Of a stretch of DNA of 64,000 nt, positions 13,101 through 25,630 are shown in pieces. The notes under the pieces were generated by a model, which saw nothing but the letters and a program-made list of their open reading frames with translations, was not told the origin of the DNA and did not search any database. The first letter of the stretch is position 1. Every line of letters begins with the position of its first letter. Source of the DNA: Acanthaster planci. Lineage: Eukaryota. The DNA lies in the NCBI RefSeq assembly GCF_001949145.1, contig NW_019091356.1, forward strand, positions 4,818,934 to 4,882,933, given 5' to 3'. Made by a program: the position numbers and the translations under genes.

Positions 13101-16100
13101 CACCGCCCTCTTGTGGGGCTTCATTTTATATCTGATTACCGAACGTACGATTCCTATTATCTAAGACCATCATGTACTATGATGACATAAAGTTTATTCT
13201 TAAAATGGTTTACATTTTGTTACCCCGAGCTTTTGCGAGAAAGTGCAGTGTGCTAAACTTAAAGCTGTTGCAAGCGGTTTTATAACAAATCAATACTGAT
13301 TTCATCATTTGCTCATTTTATGCAAATCTTAGCATTTTTGAACAATCTTCAAGTTTTCTACCGCAAACCTTATTCTTAACCCTCTTTCTACTGGCAGTAA
13401 AAACTAACGTCAAGCATAGCTGCATAAAAATAAATAGATTGAAAATAACAGACGGAAAAATGACAGCCACTCAGGCTAAAAAGCCTTGAAGTGACCAGTG
13501 GAGATGGCCGAAATATTAGGCCGAGAATAAAGGATTAAATAAAAGGATACAATATTAGGCCTAAGAATAAAGGCAAAGAAGAAAATTTAAGAAATGAGAA
13601 TAGCGCAGCTGTTCATTCAATTTCCGACATGACAATCAACTTCCGTTGATAATCCTAGGCTTTCGTCTTTCACAGCCTCTTTTAAAGGCGGTGCAATAAT
13701 GTCTCGTGTCTCGTCAATGCATGGCTTTTTTCACCTGCCATTATTTCATACATACATATCTTTCGTACGTTCGCTGGTGTCGTTAACGTGTGGGCTGCTT
13801 CGTCACACACCTCAGCGCTCTGAACTAGTATGCAGATGGGTCTGATTTATTTCAAGTGACGCAAGGAATGATCATTGTAAGCCTTGGTATGACTACGGTA
13901 GTACTACCAATTATTGATGGAAAGACAACCATTACAATTATAATTCTGCCTGTCTACAATTATAATTCTCTCGCGTGTCTATGACATGCGATGACCAGAA
14001 TTAACCCACATATGAAGGTGCAGTAAACTGTTGTAAGCATGTCATTTAGAAGACAGTCCGAGTGAATTCTAGTGTTTTCACGGCCGCATGCTTGGTTTCG
14101 TTTCAAATTTCTTTCCCAACCATCGAAGAAAATGGCTGTGTTTGGTTGTTTTGGTTTTGTTTTGCTTTTTTTTTTAGTTTATTTCGTTTTCACTTTATTT
14201 ATTTTCGTTGGAGTGGCGCACCATGTGAGGCCGTGCCCACGAATTTATTGGGACCATAACCATGACAGTTTCAGTTGATTTCCTGCTTGCATTCCGTGGG
14301 ATTAATTTCCTTGAGAACAGATCTGAAACATTTGACAGCTGTTACGGCAATTTCCCTGAGACCAGTGTTTGTCCGAAAATAAATACACATTTTTCATAAT
14401 ACCAACTGTCAACATTATCAGAAGGAAATGGGAAGACGCCCATGTGAAAGGAGCTCTCGGTAACAAAACTTCCCATTTACAAATAGCAACTTAATTAAAA
14501 ATAAGTGGTTGGTAGAATGTTTATGTGCCAAGAGTATGGCAGACCGTACTAAAGCTACATCACCACATGTAAGGGAGTTCCTGAAATTCTTCTGCTGATT
14601 CAAACTGAATCCAATATGCTGCGCGTACTTTTATTACCTTTTCTGTCCCAACGAAGGTCCTTGTTATCTTTCCAAAATCTAATAAACTGCCTATGGTTTT
14701 CCACGGCGCTTTGAATTAAATCGCCAGAAAGCAGCCACGAGGAAACTGTATGGTGTGTCCGCTAAGATGCGGATGTCATTCATTATTTGCTCTCCCTTCT
14801 TCCAGCATTGCGACACTAATCTTGTCCGCCAGTCGTCACTTGTTTTAGAGTTTCTTATCTGCCTTGAACGCAACCTGCAAACGGAAGACAGATCGTGTCT
14901 GACGTTGCAGTAGACGAGAGGAACATCCAGGAAACAGCACATGAACAGCGCCCTCTAGCAAGTCATGTTCCAGTTTTCGCGCCGGAACACCGTAGTGCTT
15001 ACCAGGAAACTGACACAAGTCGGTCACAATTAATCGATGGAATTGGCGTCCCGCAGTGGAATGCAACCCATGTAATTGAAACGTCCTTGTTTTTTCTTCT
15101 CTTTTTTTTTCCTATCAGTGTGGATTTCAAGAACGGGACAGAATCTGTAAACGACAGTTTCGAGATTAGTACCGCTGCTCTCGAAATCGCCAGAAAGATA
15201 AAAAAATAATAATAATAATAAAAAAAACAAAGCAAGGCAGTTCTCCCGCCTGCCTCACTGCGGATTTTATTTTCCCTGACCAGGGTACAATGCACAACTA
15301 TAGATACAATAAGAAATACTTAAAGAACTATTAGACAGGTTTAATCAATCGACCCTTCTAACAAAGAGGTTTACATGGCATAATATGGTTTGTGTAAGCT
15401 TCTGATATCACAATTCACAAACTGAAAATGGAAAAATGAAATGGAATTATTTAGCTACAGCCTATCGTTTTAAAGTGTCCATGGATGTCAGCGCAGGGTG
15501 TGTGTTGAAACAACAATATTAAACAATAGACAAACCAGTTTTATAATTGCCCGACAGACACAAAGAACATACATGTACTTTCTGAATCTAAGTATATGTA
15601 CTGTGATGTGAGGTAATGCCCAATGTGGGATCACTACAGTTTAATACACCATCAGCACGTTCAAGGTTGAGAATGTACGGCAGCTATTTCGAATTCTAGC
15701 ATATTAAATTCTACTTTGCTCGTCGTCCAGCGCCCAAACAGCGCTGGGAAGGACTGACGGCCTTGCGCAGGTTTTAGTGAAAGAAATATGTCAGACTGGG
15801 TCACAGGTAACGACGCACAGAGCATTAATTTCTGCTGGGCGCGCGAGCTCGCTCAATGCGTTACACAAGCGGCGGTTATCAATTCGATATTTTTCTTCTT
15901 TTTCTTCCTCACTGCTGACAATATTTTCACTACACTTAACTCGTTCATCATCCAAAATTGATCAAGATAACCAATGATTTGAAATATATCGCCAAAAGAC
16001 GCGTGATCAGTGATACTTAGAAGATAAATAACCATAATGTGATTGTACCAAATTATTCTACCTGTATCCGCGCAAGCACTGTTGTAGCTTTACTCCAAAG

Positions 16101-17723
16101 CGTGAATGTAAGATTCAGGCCTCCACGGTCTATGGATTTGTTCAAGCTGAAAACCACAGGGAACTTGCTGTGACGATTATTCGAGAAAAAAAAAATCATG
16201 GTATGTCTTTGATTATCGTGAGTCTACCTAGGGGTTCTTTGAGCGGCTTATTAGATAAGACAAAGCAATGAAATGCTTCAGGGAATCCTTTCTGTGTAAT
16301 TATTCTTGGTTTTACCTGCCAGCACTGCACAAATTAAACGTAGTTTTCGCTAATTCCATTTTAATCATGATGATACCTGGGAGCGATCACGCCAAGCACT
16401 GAGCCAATTCACAAGAGGCCTGATGAAGATGCTGTCTTCAATTATCATTTCAATGAAATTTCAAGAAAGGGTGAGATGGGAATGAACAAGGGTAACCAAT
16501 AATCTGTTTGTGAGGCCAGAAATAAATCTTATGATCTTTTGTAAGGCTGGTTTTGTACAAAATGTTGGAAAGTCTAGTAAACAAACGAGACATTTCCGGC
16601 CTAACCAACTACAACACGTCTGTCTGTGGTAAACGATATCTCGCCTGGAAATCATTACCTGCCGCACTGCTGTAATTTCTGAAATCCTATACCCTAATGC
16701 TACTTTCAATAGTGCCAAAGAGACGTCCATATTACACGCATACTGTCATAACCAATCTCAATTTACCAGCATTAGGTGTACTGCTCTTTCTGGTACTCGT
16801 CAGCCATTCAACCCCGCGTAGTTTCGACATCCTGTATTATCATTACTCAACCTATATGTCCTCTTCAATTTCCCTCTTACATTAACCCCTTTCATTTTCC
16901 AGCGCCTGTCTTTTAATATGTGGATATAAAACAAACTGACATTAGATCACTACATCAATTCAATGATTTTTTTCTTAATCCATACTTCACTTTTTTACGT
17001 GTATACGTATATATGTAGGTTGTCATGACGCTGACGCAGTCTGGTGTGGTTGTCAGTCAACTGGTGGCAGTCTATGCCGTAATGAGCACAACCCTCAATG
17101 GACTGCTGAATCCATTCGTGTATGGAGCCCTCAGTCGACAATACAGACAGGGCTATTTCAGCCTGATCAACAGCCTTTGGGCACTGTGTGGCGTGCACGG
17201 GAAATGCAAAAGTAAGAATCTGCCTTTTTCGTTTTAAAGAGCGCCATCTGCGGTCTTCAACAGAGCAACGATTTCATTTTGGACTCCTCCTAAGGGAGTT
17301 TTGATAAACGGCAACTGGAATTGTGCCAGCAACTGCATGTGGAAATGATACCGACTTACATCTGTGCATAGTGTTGTACGCTTTACATGAAATACTAAAG
17401 TCTGAATTTTGCTCCAGTTTCTCTTTCGTAAAGGCAAGATTAAATCCATTTTATTAAGTACATTTAATTGCAAATAAGATGACTGGAACACAAACGAACT
17501 AGATGTTCGCAGTAATTGATAAAACATCTTTATAATTTATCTTCTATTTTCAGGATGTGTGTCCTCTGATGCTGAATCCGAAACTCAACAACAAAGTAAC
17601 ACTTCATCGTACAAACAAACCACGCATACCTCGTCAAAATGCATTAATATTACCGTCAACAACACGCCAGATGAGCAACCACATCAAACAAAGAATGTGA
17701 ATCGAAAGGAAACATCTTTATGA
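7144..17723 (+). CDS. Prostanoid (EP-type)-receptor-like class A GPCR, ~413 aa; exons 7144-8022, 17019-17211, 17554-17723
   Basis: 7TM motifs: TM1 GN, TM2 LIGSLAVTD, TM3 AMALERFLAICLP..Y (prostanoid-style ERF), TM6 CTWLP, TM7 NGLLNPFVY. The phase-0 intron at the end of TM6 is the position conserved in prostanoid receptor genes. GT-AG junctions join in frame (879+193+170 nt) and the protein ends ...RKETSL*. Confidence 0.88.
8376..8551. mobile_element. Palindromic MITE-like element (copy 1)
   Basis: ~176 bp with ~75-bp imperfect inverted arms (aatacgggc...gaccaatcacagtgcgc / gcgcactgtgattggtc...gcccgtatt); a second copy lies at 26401-26579. Confidence 0.85.
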
Positions 17724-18499
17724 AAATTGGGGGGTGTGGTTGAGTGGAAGAGTTTAGTTGGATGAGGGCACTAATGCTCAAGGAAAGCTCCACCCGTTCT
17801 TGGACGGAAATCATACGGGAGCCTTCATTTTATATTTTGTGCTTGAAATGATATCATTATTACTGGTTTCACATTGATTGCTTTATCACGCGCACCTTTA
17901 TGTATTTTGGCATTAGTCAGTTCCACATACTAGTGACCATGTGGTTTATGCTTGCTATTTCGATTTTCATTACACGGTTGCATCAAACCTATACATTTAG
18001 GCACAGGGGAAATAAGGATGTCAAATCTACTGATATTTATCCTGAAGATCACGCCACAAATCGTAGTTCGGCAGGATTCCATAAGCTTCCTTTTCCAAAT
18101 AACCTACCTTCCACTGCTCAACTGATGTAAGTCGAAAATAATTCCCTTTTTCTAATCAATTTTTGCCAGGCAGGAGGATGATCTTCTTAGCATTAATGCA
18201 AATCTTCATGTCTACAACTTATTTTCAATCCAAGAAGAGCTACAGGGAAGGTGTACTGAGAATTGCATGCACGGATTAAAAATGAAGATGATGACTGCCA
18301 TGGTGTGGTTGAATTTGATTGGCGATGTGTGACAGCTGTAAAGATATGGACGGTGATAATGAGAGTAGTGGTACTGGCAGTGATAACACTTTATTACGGT
18401 TTCAATAAGGACGGCTGTTTACTGTCATAAGGGCTATGAGAACACGTATGATAGTAATGATAATGGTGACTGTGATGTAAATAGCCATGCAGATACATA

Positions 18500-20000
18500 A
18501 TGTCTTCAATTCTTGTTTGTTTTTAAGACAAACGGATGAATATCAACTTTACAGAGCTCCTAAGCAGAAAGCCTTGTTGGGTAAAATTATGTGCTAATCA
18601 AAACCAAACCATACGCCATTTTTGTATTAGGCCTATATCACGCAGTATTTTGCTAGTAACCTGTTTTGGGCATGGGCAAAACCTTTCTATGAAAAGCAAA
18701 TTTCTCTGCAAAGCAGCTCCATGATACTAGCCCCGGCAATGTTGAATGGGTCTGTGCACGAAATAATATAATTGTATGTAATTGATGGCACATGTAAGTA
18801 CGCTGGTGAAATGTCACGAGAATTATTATGCGGTGAGATTGAAAATAAGGCCAAAGACAAGGCAATAAAGGATTGTGCAGCGAGAACATCAGTGGGTGGT
18901 GTAGGGAAAGTGCAGAAAGGATTAAGCAAGTGAAGAGGTTTTATGTATAATGTAAGACCAGTTGAAATGCGGTAAAGATTAACGTTTAATAAGAAGATGG
19001 TATATAGATGTAAATGAAGACCGAATGAAAAGCAGTCACTTTCATGAATAAATGGATTGCTTTCAAGATCTCCTGGCTTACTTCTAGATAAACACTTGTG
19101 TCGCACTTTAGTTTCCACAGACACATCATAAGTGCTACAACAAGATAGGTATGGCTGATGCCAAGTTCTGTTTACAGTCTTTCGCCCCCGCAAAATTATT
19201 TTCTTTCTCAGCCAGTTTGGAAGCTTACTGCGGTACGACGTGATTGATTTGGAAGAGGGCACGGAGTCTATGTGGTGAGTCTTTCGAGAAAGTGATAAAT
19301 GATAGGCGAATAATTGCAAAACAAACAGACAGAGGGAGCTTAAGAACAACAGCAAAGACTAGATGCAAGGATAGGCATGACGATAGCCAAATTGAGGGGA
19401 TATCCTTAAACAAATGTTGACGCGATTGTGTGAAGTTGAAAATGTGTCAGCAAACAAAGTAGAAGATAATACACCGTCCTGAAATTTTTTAACAAGTTCA
19501 CAAAACTTTTGTTCAGCAAAAACCCAAGTCCCCAAGATCTCGTGATTAGACATGTGCAAGTTTTTTTTCTTTTGCAAATGTGATAACCTGACCGGCAAGA
19601 TAAACTTTAATCTGCCTGGACATTAACATTTGGCGGTGACACTGTTGCATGGGAAACCCTCCCAACAGATGCCTGCAGCCTGAGCGATATTGGAAGAGAT
19701 ACATAGGGCGGAAATGAAAGAGAACAGGCCTACGACTAAAGAAAATGAGGCAAAAGGGTTCTAAATAGCAGCGTCGAAAGAATGGAGGTAGTAGACATGG
19801 GAAACTGTTTGATTATAGAAAATTAGAAGGGAGATTGTGCGCGTGAGGACGGTGGTGACAGTAAACAGACCTCGATCATGACGAACAGCGATAGCTGTCC
19901 GCAATTACTGCTGGGGATAATGAGAAAATGAAGACACGAGGGAAGGATCACTGTGTCCAGTTCGTAAGTGACTTCGTCAAAAAGGCGGACGCGACACGAT
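18500..20000 (-). mobile_element. Possible very old, degraded L2/CR1-type LINE
   Basis: Faint APE-endonuclease-like fragments (LTNWT, TAIAVRH, FHFRP, LLGGFPM) upstream and RT-C-terminal-like fragments downstream, in the expected order; many stops and frameshifts. Confidence 0.3.
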
Positions 20001-20479
20001 TTTTTAGGCTCCCGTTGGACAATTGCTGACGTTGCGCGTTAACTTCCAGTTCCATGGTTCCATGTAAACGGCGATCAATGCATGTAACCCTGTGTGCAGT
20101 GCATGTGCAGTGGGCGTGGTTAAAACGGAAGTGACGTCACACTTACGAACCAGATTCTGATGAGGGAGATGATGATGATCTATGGTATAAGGAGAACCGA
20201 TGAGATGCGTTGGGGGTTTATGTCTTAAGACAGTGTGACCATCTTGTTTCAACATTATAAAAGACGTGATGAATAAAAAGGTTCGAAGAAACTGACAGTC
20301 GTGAGAAGCTTTTAAATTGTGCATTGGGCGATGAGCATGTATAAGCCTAAGTTGTTTTGACCCTATATATGTAGTTTCCAAACTTATCATCGGTTTGTGC
20401 TGGGACCCTCAACATTCTGTCAGACAGACTTCAATGGTAAAATGTAAAGATGAGGATGTTGAAGAGTTGAATTTCTTAA

Positions 20480-20800
20480 TGTGGTATTGAAGGTTATGAG
20501 GACAACGTGTTCTAGCGACGATGATTAAATAAGTGGTGGTGAAGAAGGAAGTAAGGGAGATGCTGTCCCTGATGATGGCAGGTGTGGTACTAGTGGTGAT
20601 GGTGAGGGTGTCAATCGTGATGTGGTATGGCGACAGAAGCAACGATCAATTTAATAACAAACATGAGTTAGTGGTGGCTGTGGTGAGAGTGTAAACTGAT
20701 GGGCTGATTATGTTAACAGTGATAATGATTATGATTTGCGATGGCGAAAACAAGTATAGTGAGGTGGTGATTGTGGTGGTGGCGGCGGGTGTTATGTGGT
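20480..20800. repeat. Low-complexity decayed (GGT/GAT)n region
   Basis: Dense gtggtg/atgatg triplets; this explains the Thr/Ile-rich spurious minus-strand ORFs. Confidence 0.6.
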
Positions 20801-21085
20801 TATAGATTAAGTTACGTCTGTTGAATTCTGCAATAGCCATGTCTGGTTTACAATGCTTTTATATCCGTTATGTTCCATCTTTGCTGGGTCAATGTTTCGA
20901 CAATTTTGTGCAGAACGAAACGACAATAAATACCACAATGAATGAACTTACTAGTGGTTGTGGCATTGTCGGTTTCCGTTTGTTAAAAATGGCTGAAACG
21001 TTCCAATGGAGCGTCTTTTGATGACCATAGATTATGCTGAATTTTCTCCTTTTTTCAGCTGAATAAACAACAAACCAAATCCAAA

Positions 21086-21234
21086 AGATTTACTAAATGT
21101 GTCTCCTGAAGACGGACAGAGTACACTGTTCGAAACGTCGAGTTATTCCCCGGTTCTTCTCAGAACCACACATACTCAAAGAAGAGATAAATACATGGTG
21201 TTACCGCAATCTTTACTATAGATTTACTTAATGT
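21086..21234 (+). mobile_element. Short Penelope-pLTR/retrozyme-like insertion carrying the hammerhead
   Basis: Bounded by 15-bp direct repeats agatttactaaatgt (21086-21100) and agatttacttaatgt (21220-21234). Confidence 0.6.
21103..21142 (+). ncRNA. Minimal type I hammerhead-ribozyme-like motif (Penelope/retrozyme type)
   Basis: ctc-CTGAAGA-c-ggacag-agtaca-ctgttc-GAAA-c-GTC-gag: CUGANGA core, 6-bp stem II, GAAA, palindromic ACGT in place of stem III, GUC cleavage triplet, ctc/gag stem I. Confidence 0.7.
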
Positions 21235-24200
21235 ACTCCAAACTTTAGTACAATCACAATATTTCATTTCTTTCTGAACATAGACTCTTCCTCTATAAAA
21301 AAGAAGACTTCATAAGGAAAACGTAATGCCGCATTAAAAACCACTACCATACTTTGAAAATCTTAAGTTTGAATTTCTGTAATGCAACATTTTTATATGT
21401 ACTTATAGGACAACTGACTCCTTAAAGGGGTTTTGAGGTAGCGTTTTACTTTTGCACGAATTACATTGTTATAGGCAGGAAGGCAATGGTGAATCTACGT
21501 CAACGTTGGCTAATGAGAACCGACTGAAATGGGCAATTGGCGCCAATACGCAAATACACCGCGTCATATGGCCTTTGTCTCAGCTTTCGAGAGACCATTA
21601 GCGATAAGATGAGCGGTATATTCTCAATTTAGCTAGAAATGAAAGGCAATAAAAAGCGTCCTTGGACAATATATACAACTAAGGTTTAATTGGAATGGGT
21701 TATTAGCGAATACTTCGGCTACATATCCAAACAACAGTCAATAATAGATAAACAAATAATTGTTTTTAAAATTATGGTTCTAGTGCTGAATGACGGAATT
21801 CAGTAGGAAGCCTTAACGTCTTTGTAAGGTTAATTTAAAAGGAGTTGGGCCTATTATCTCTGGGGCTGCATACTGTCATCTAATTTCCAAACAGTGGTAC
21901 TTCCTACATGTTATCCTCGAACACTAATCCAAGTTTCGTGCACAATCGGTCAGAAGAGAAATCAGATGGATTTACGTCAACTTTCGCCGTAATTGTCTAC
22001 AGAGTGACTTCACGTCACAAAAATGGCCTCCATACATGTATTTTGATTAAAGAGACCATTATCAGAATTACGTAGAATCTTGGAAGAAGGGGGTCAATCG
22101 CAATTCTCTCACAAGGTCGTCATGAAATTGTCGAGAACCAAGCAAGCGCCTGCAGGCTTTGCATGAATTATGCAAAGTTCCAAATAACAGTTAATATACT
22201 CCAAAAATGAACAAATAACGGAAAGTAAAATAGCTTAAATAACGCAATATGATTTATATCATCGCAAACCCGTTGATGAGATGGCTCAATATGCTATTTC
22301 TCCGGCTTTATATGTATTTGGAAGATGGTAATTGCGTTTCCGTGAAAACGATTTCAATATTGTCTCTGCTAAATTTGACTATGCAGAAAATGAAATGGCT
22401 TTCTGGAAGCTGATATACTACCGCAGGGACAAATTAGCTAGTGATGTCCGTGCATGGAACTCTTCAAAACTACCTTCTTGCGATACAATATACACAATAG
22501 GGAACCGGCGTATTGGCTATTAGTTGGCTTTTGTGACGCCAATTAATAAACAACTACTGATGACAGATTATGATACATAACACGTGTTTTGATGTTTTTA
22601 TTCTCGGGTGTTTCTGTCTGTAAGGTCTAATGCTTGAAGATTTTTTCCAAGCTGCCAAAGAGCTGTTTGTCCCTTCTGCAATGGATAACAGGTGAAGTCA
22701 TTCCGTCTCCTTGTGCTGCGCCTATGCGACCTTTTCTCAAGGGCTTTCAACTAAGTACCCAGGCAACGTCAATGGAGCATAATTGTGTCACAAACAGGAT
22801 GAGAGATGATATTTCTGGGAGTAATAACAAATTACGCAAGTTTCTGAAACTCGGGGAGAGGTAAAGTATGCTGGAAGTTACAAAAAAGGGAACTGTGGGG
22901 CCAGAAAATCGTGGGTTTGTTGTACAATCAACACTTTGTCGATTACGTAACCATCAAAAAATAAAACCAAAATCAATCATTTCCTGGAAGTACGTTAACG
23001 TAAAGTGATCAGTGTTAAAACAAAACAAACAATATGAACAGATGACTATTGTGACATGTGTTTGCTTAGATGAAAATAATCACAATTTCATGATGAATAA
23101 TACACATGTAAATTATAAGTGAATTATCAAGGCCAGACAACTCCAACTCATAACATCTAAAACGTACCGATATCCAAAGAAAGACAAACGCGTATTAGTA
23201 GGCCTACGTGTACTCTTACTACTACTACCCCATAGAACCAATGGGGTGCATAATTCTCATGATTTCGACAAAATGGACGCGCCTCAACGTGTGTGTGGTG
23301 TCACCGTAGTAGTTTATATTGGCTAGTACCAACCCCCACCCCAAAACCCCCAAAATTTACAGGTATGTTTAAAACTGTCCAAAATACATTTTAAATGGTA
23401 TGTTAAATGTATCAAAATTGAATCGATACTGCATATAGAGCCGAAAGAGTTTCAACATTTTTTCCTCATGAGGCACAAGTCGAAGGTTCTTTTTGACGTT
23501 TCCTCCTAAAGACAGATTGCCATTTTTTTACGGTTAATGATATTTCATGAGTGCCCCACTTGAAATCAGAAACAATTTCCAATCAGCAAAGAGGCACAGG
23601 TTAAAACAGATCTTTGAATCAGCAAGCCTCAGTCTATAAATCCATCGTATATAATTCAATTATATATGCCACAAATAACTCTTAAATTCACTTACTACAG
23701 TTCGGATCACGTGCGTAGGCCAACTTTTCTTATTTACCCACGTCTTACAAATCGCATTATTATTCGTATTTCGAGAATAGTTCCATAAAAATTCAGCTAG
23801 ACGATGCATCAAAGCACATACCAAACTTTGTTCTTCGGCACTATGTCGAAGATGAGTGACAAAAATAGCACAATTAACAACAAACCTTCGGAAACAAGCA
23901 GTTTATACTTCTTCTTTTTTAAGGATAATCCATTTTTTTATTGAGACCGAAAGGTACATAAAAATATGTCAACCATTATCAAAGTTTTTGCGTTTAATTC
24001 TCTAGTCACGAGATTGAAAGTCACTATATTTTGTTCATTAGAATACACTGACCTGAAGGAGCTGCAAAATATGACATGCATATTTGTAAGGCTAATAGTT
24101 GTATCAGTATGATAGTATTTATAATAACTACTAAGAACCGCCATGCATCACCTTTACTGCATGGTTTAAACACCAATCAGCTGTGAGAAATAATTTCGCC

Positions 24201-24613
24201 ATGTAAATTACGGCTCGCCATTGGATGGCGTAGATGGAATCAACTGGGAACAGTCGCGCCCATATCTGATTATGCTCACATGATCTAGGAGGCGTGACAG
24301 TACATCACTACACAGTAACTGCAGCTGGGCATACACAGTGTCTGACTGTGGAGGTATATCCAGGCAGATACAGCGTTTGTCCCATCACGCTTCATCTTCT
24401 ATCACGGGAAAACAAATATCACCTGGTTTTGTACACTTTCAGTCGTTCTATCTGCAGAGCAACAAGCTGGTACCTTTTCGTGCAGAGACTTTCAGATGTT
24501 CCTGGATGTATATCTAGATATCCTACGGGTCTATCAGCCTACGAATGTGGTGCACAATCAGTATCGTCGACAAAGTTGCAACCGAACAATTGTGACATTT
24601 AAAAAATCTCAAC

Positions 24614-25630
24614 ATGGATAATATTACGACAGCGAGTCCTACAGACGGGGACGAAGACGTAGTGGTGTATCCTACCTATGCGTACCGTGTAGTGTATGCC
24701 ACTCTCATTGGCATAATCTCCGTGGTTGGTATAATCGGAAACACTTTTGTTATCCTTGGTGTGATAGTCTACAAGAAACTACGCACCAAGACAAACGTCT
24801 TTGTGGTCAATCTGAGTGGGGCTGATCTCGTCAACTGTCTGAATCTTCCCTGGATGAGCGTGGCTGTTCTTAGTGCAGACGGCTGGCCGCTACCAAAAGG
24901 AATCTGTAGCTTTGCATCAGTGGCTTTATTGGTGTCTATCGGATCCAGTCTGTACAGCCTGGGTGGGATTGCTCTCTGTCGATGCGCCCTGGTGACTATG
25001 AATCCTACCGACTATGCTAACTTTCTTACCCGTCGTCGCCTGGCCTGTCTGACGGTTGTAGTCTGGATTGTGCCACTAGCTGTCTCTCTCATGCCTCTGA
25101 CATTCGCTCCCAATTTTCTCGGCTTTAACAACAAATACGACATGTGTATCTGGGATACTAACCACTGGTTTTCTATGACTTACAACGTTATCTTGTCTAT
25201 CTGCTGCTTCCCCTTGCCGCTGTCGGTCATTGTGGTGTCTTATGCGAGGATATGGCGTCACGTACGCCGTCACGCGCAGCGTATGACTCGCGTCTCCGCA
25301 CGCAGCGTATCAGGCATTGTAGACGGAAATGGAGCTCGAAAGGGATCCGTGAACCGACGTCAAATGGCTGTCACCATCAACATGCTAATCGTTATCTGTA
25401 TCTTCCTCATCTGCATGACACCATACAGCATGATTCTGGTACTACCAGGTGGGGAAATCGTTGTACCGGCATTTGGCGTCATTCTTCTGAGTAACAGCTG
25501 CATCAATCCACTCATCTACGCTACCAGGCATCCTGACTTCAAATTGGCATTTGCTAAGGTTCTCAGATGCAAGACTCGCGAATTGATGTCGGAAAGATCT
25601 CGTGCACAAAATACGCAATCTCAAAAGTGA
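24614..25630 (+). CDS. Intronless class A GPCR, GPR84/moody/melatonin-receptor-like orphan family (338 aa)
   Basis: Seven hydrophobic segments; N-glycosylated N-terminus (NIT); GN..VI; KLRTKTNVFVVNLSGADL; TM5 P...I.VSY; TM7 NSCINPLIY followed by HPDFK. DRY is replaced by CRC. Confidence 0.9.
   Translation: MDNITTASPTDGDEDVVVYPTYAYRVVYATLIGIISVVGIIGNTFVILGVIVYKKLRTKTNVFVVNLSGADLVNCLNLPWMSVAVLSADGWPLPKGICSFASVALLVSIGSSLYSLGGIALCRCALVTMNPTDYANFLTRRRLACLTVVVWIVPLAVSLMPLTFAPNFLGFNNKYDMCIWDTNHWFSMTYNVILSICCFPLPLSVIVVSYARIWRHVRRHAQRMTRVSARSVSGIVDGNGARKGSVNRRQMAVTINMLIVICIFLICMTPYSMILVLPGGEIVVPAFGVILLSNSCINPLIYATRHPDFKLAFAKVLRCKTRELMSERSRAQNTQSQK

Noticed and set aside
14691..14942. Faint resemblance to a Kolobok accessory / P2X7-C-terminal-like protein
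   Set aside because: Only a few residues match across frames; cannot be supported.
18687..19355. 222-aa minus-strand ORF as a gene
   Set aside because: Non-ATG start, no recognisable domain; it lies in probable decayed retroelement sequence.
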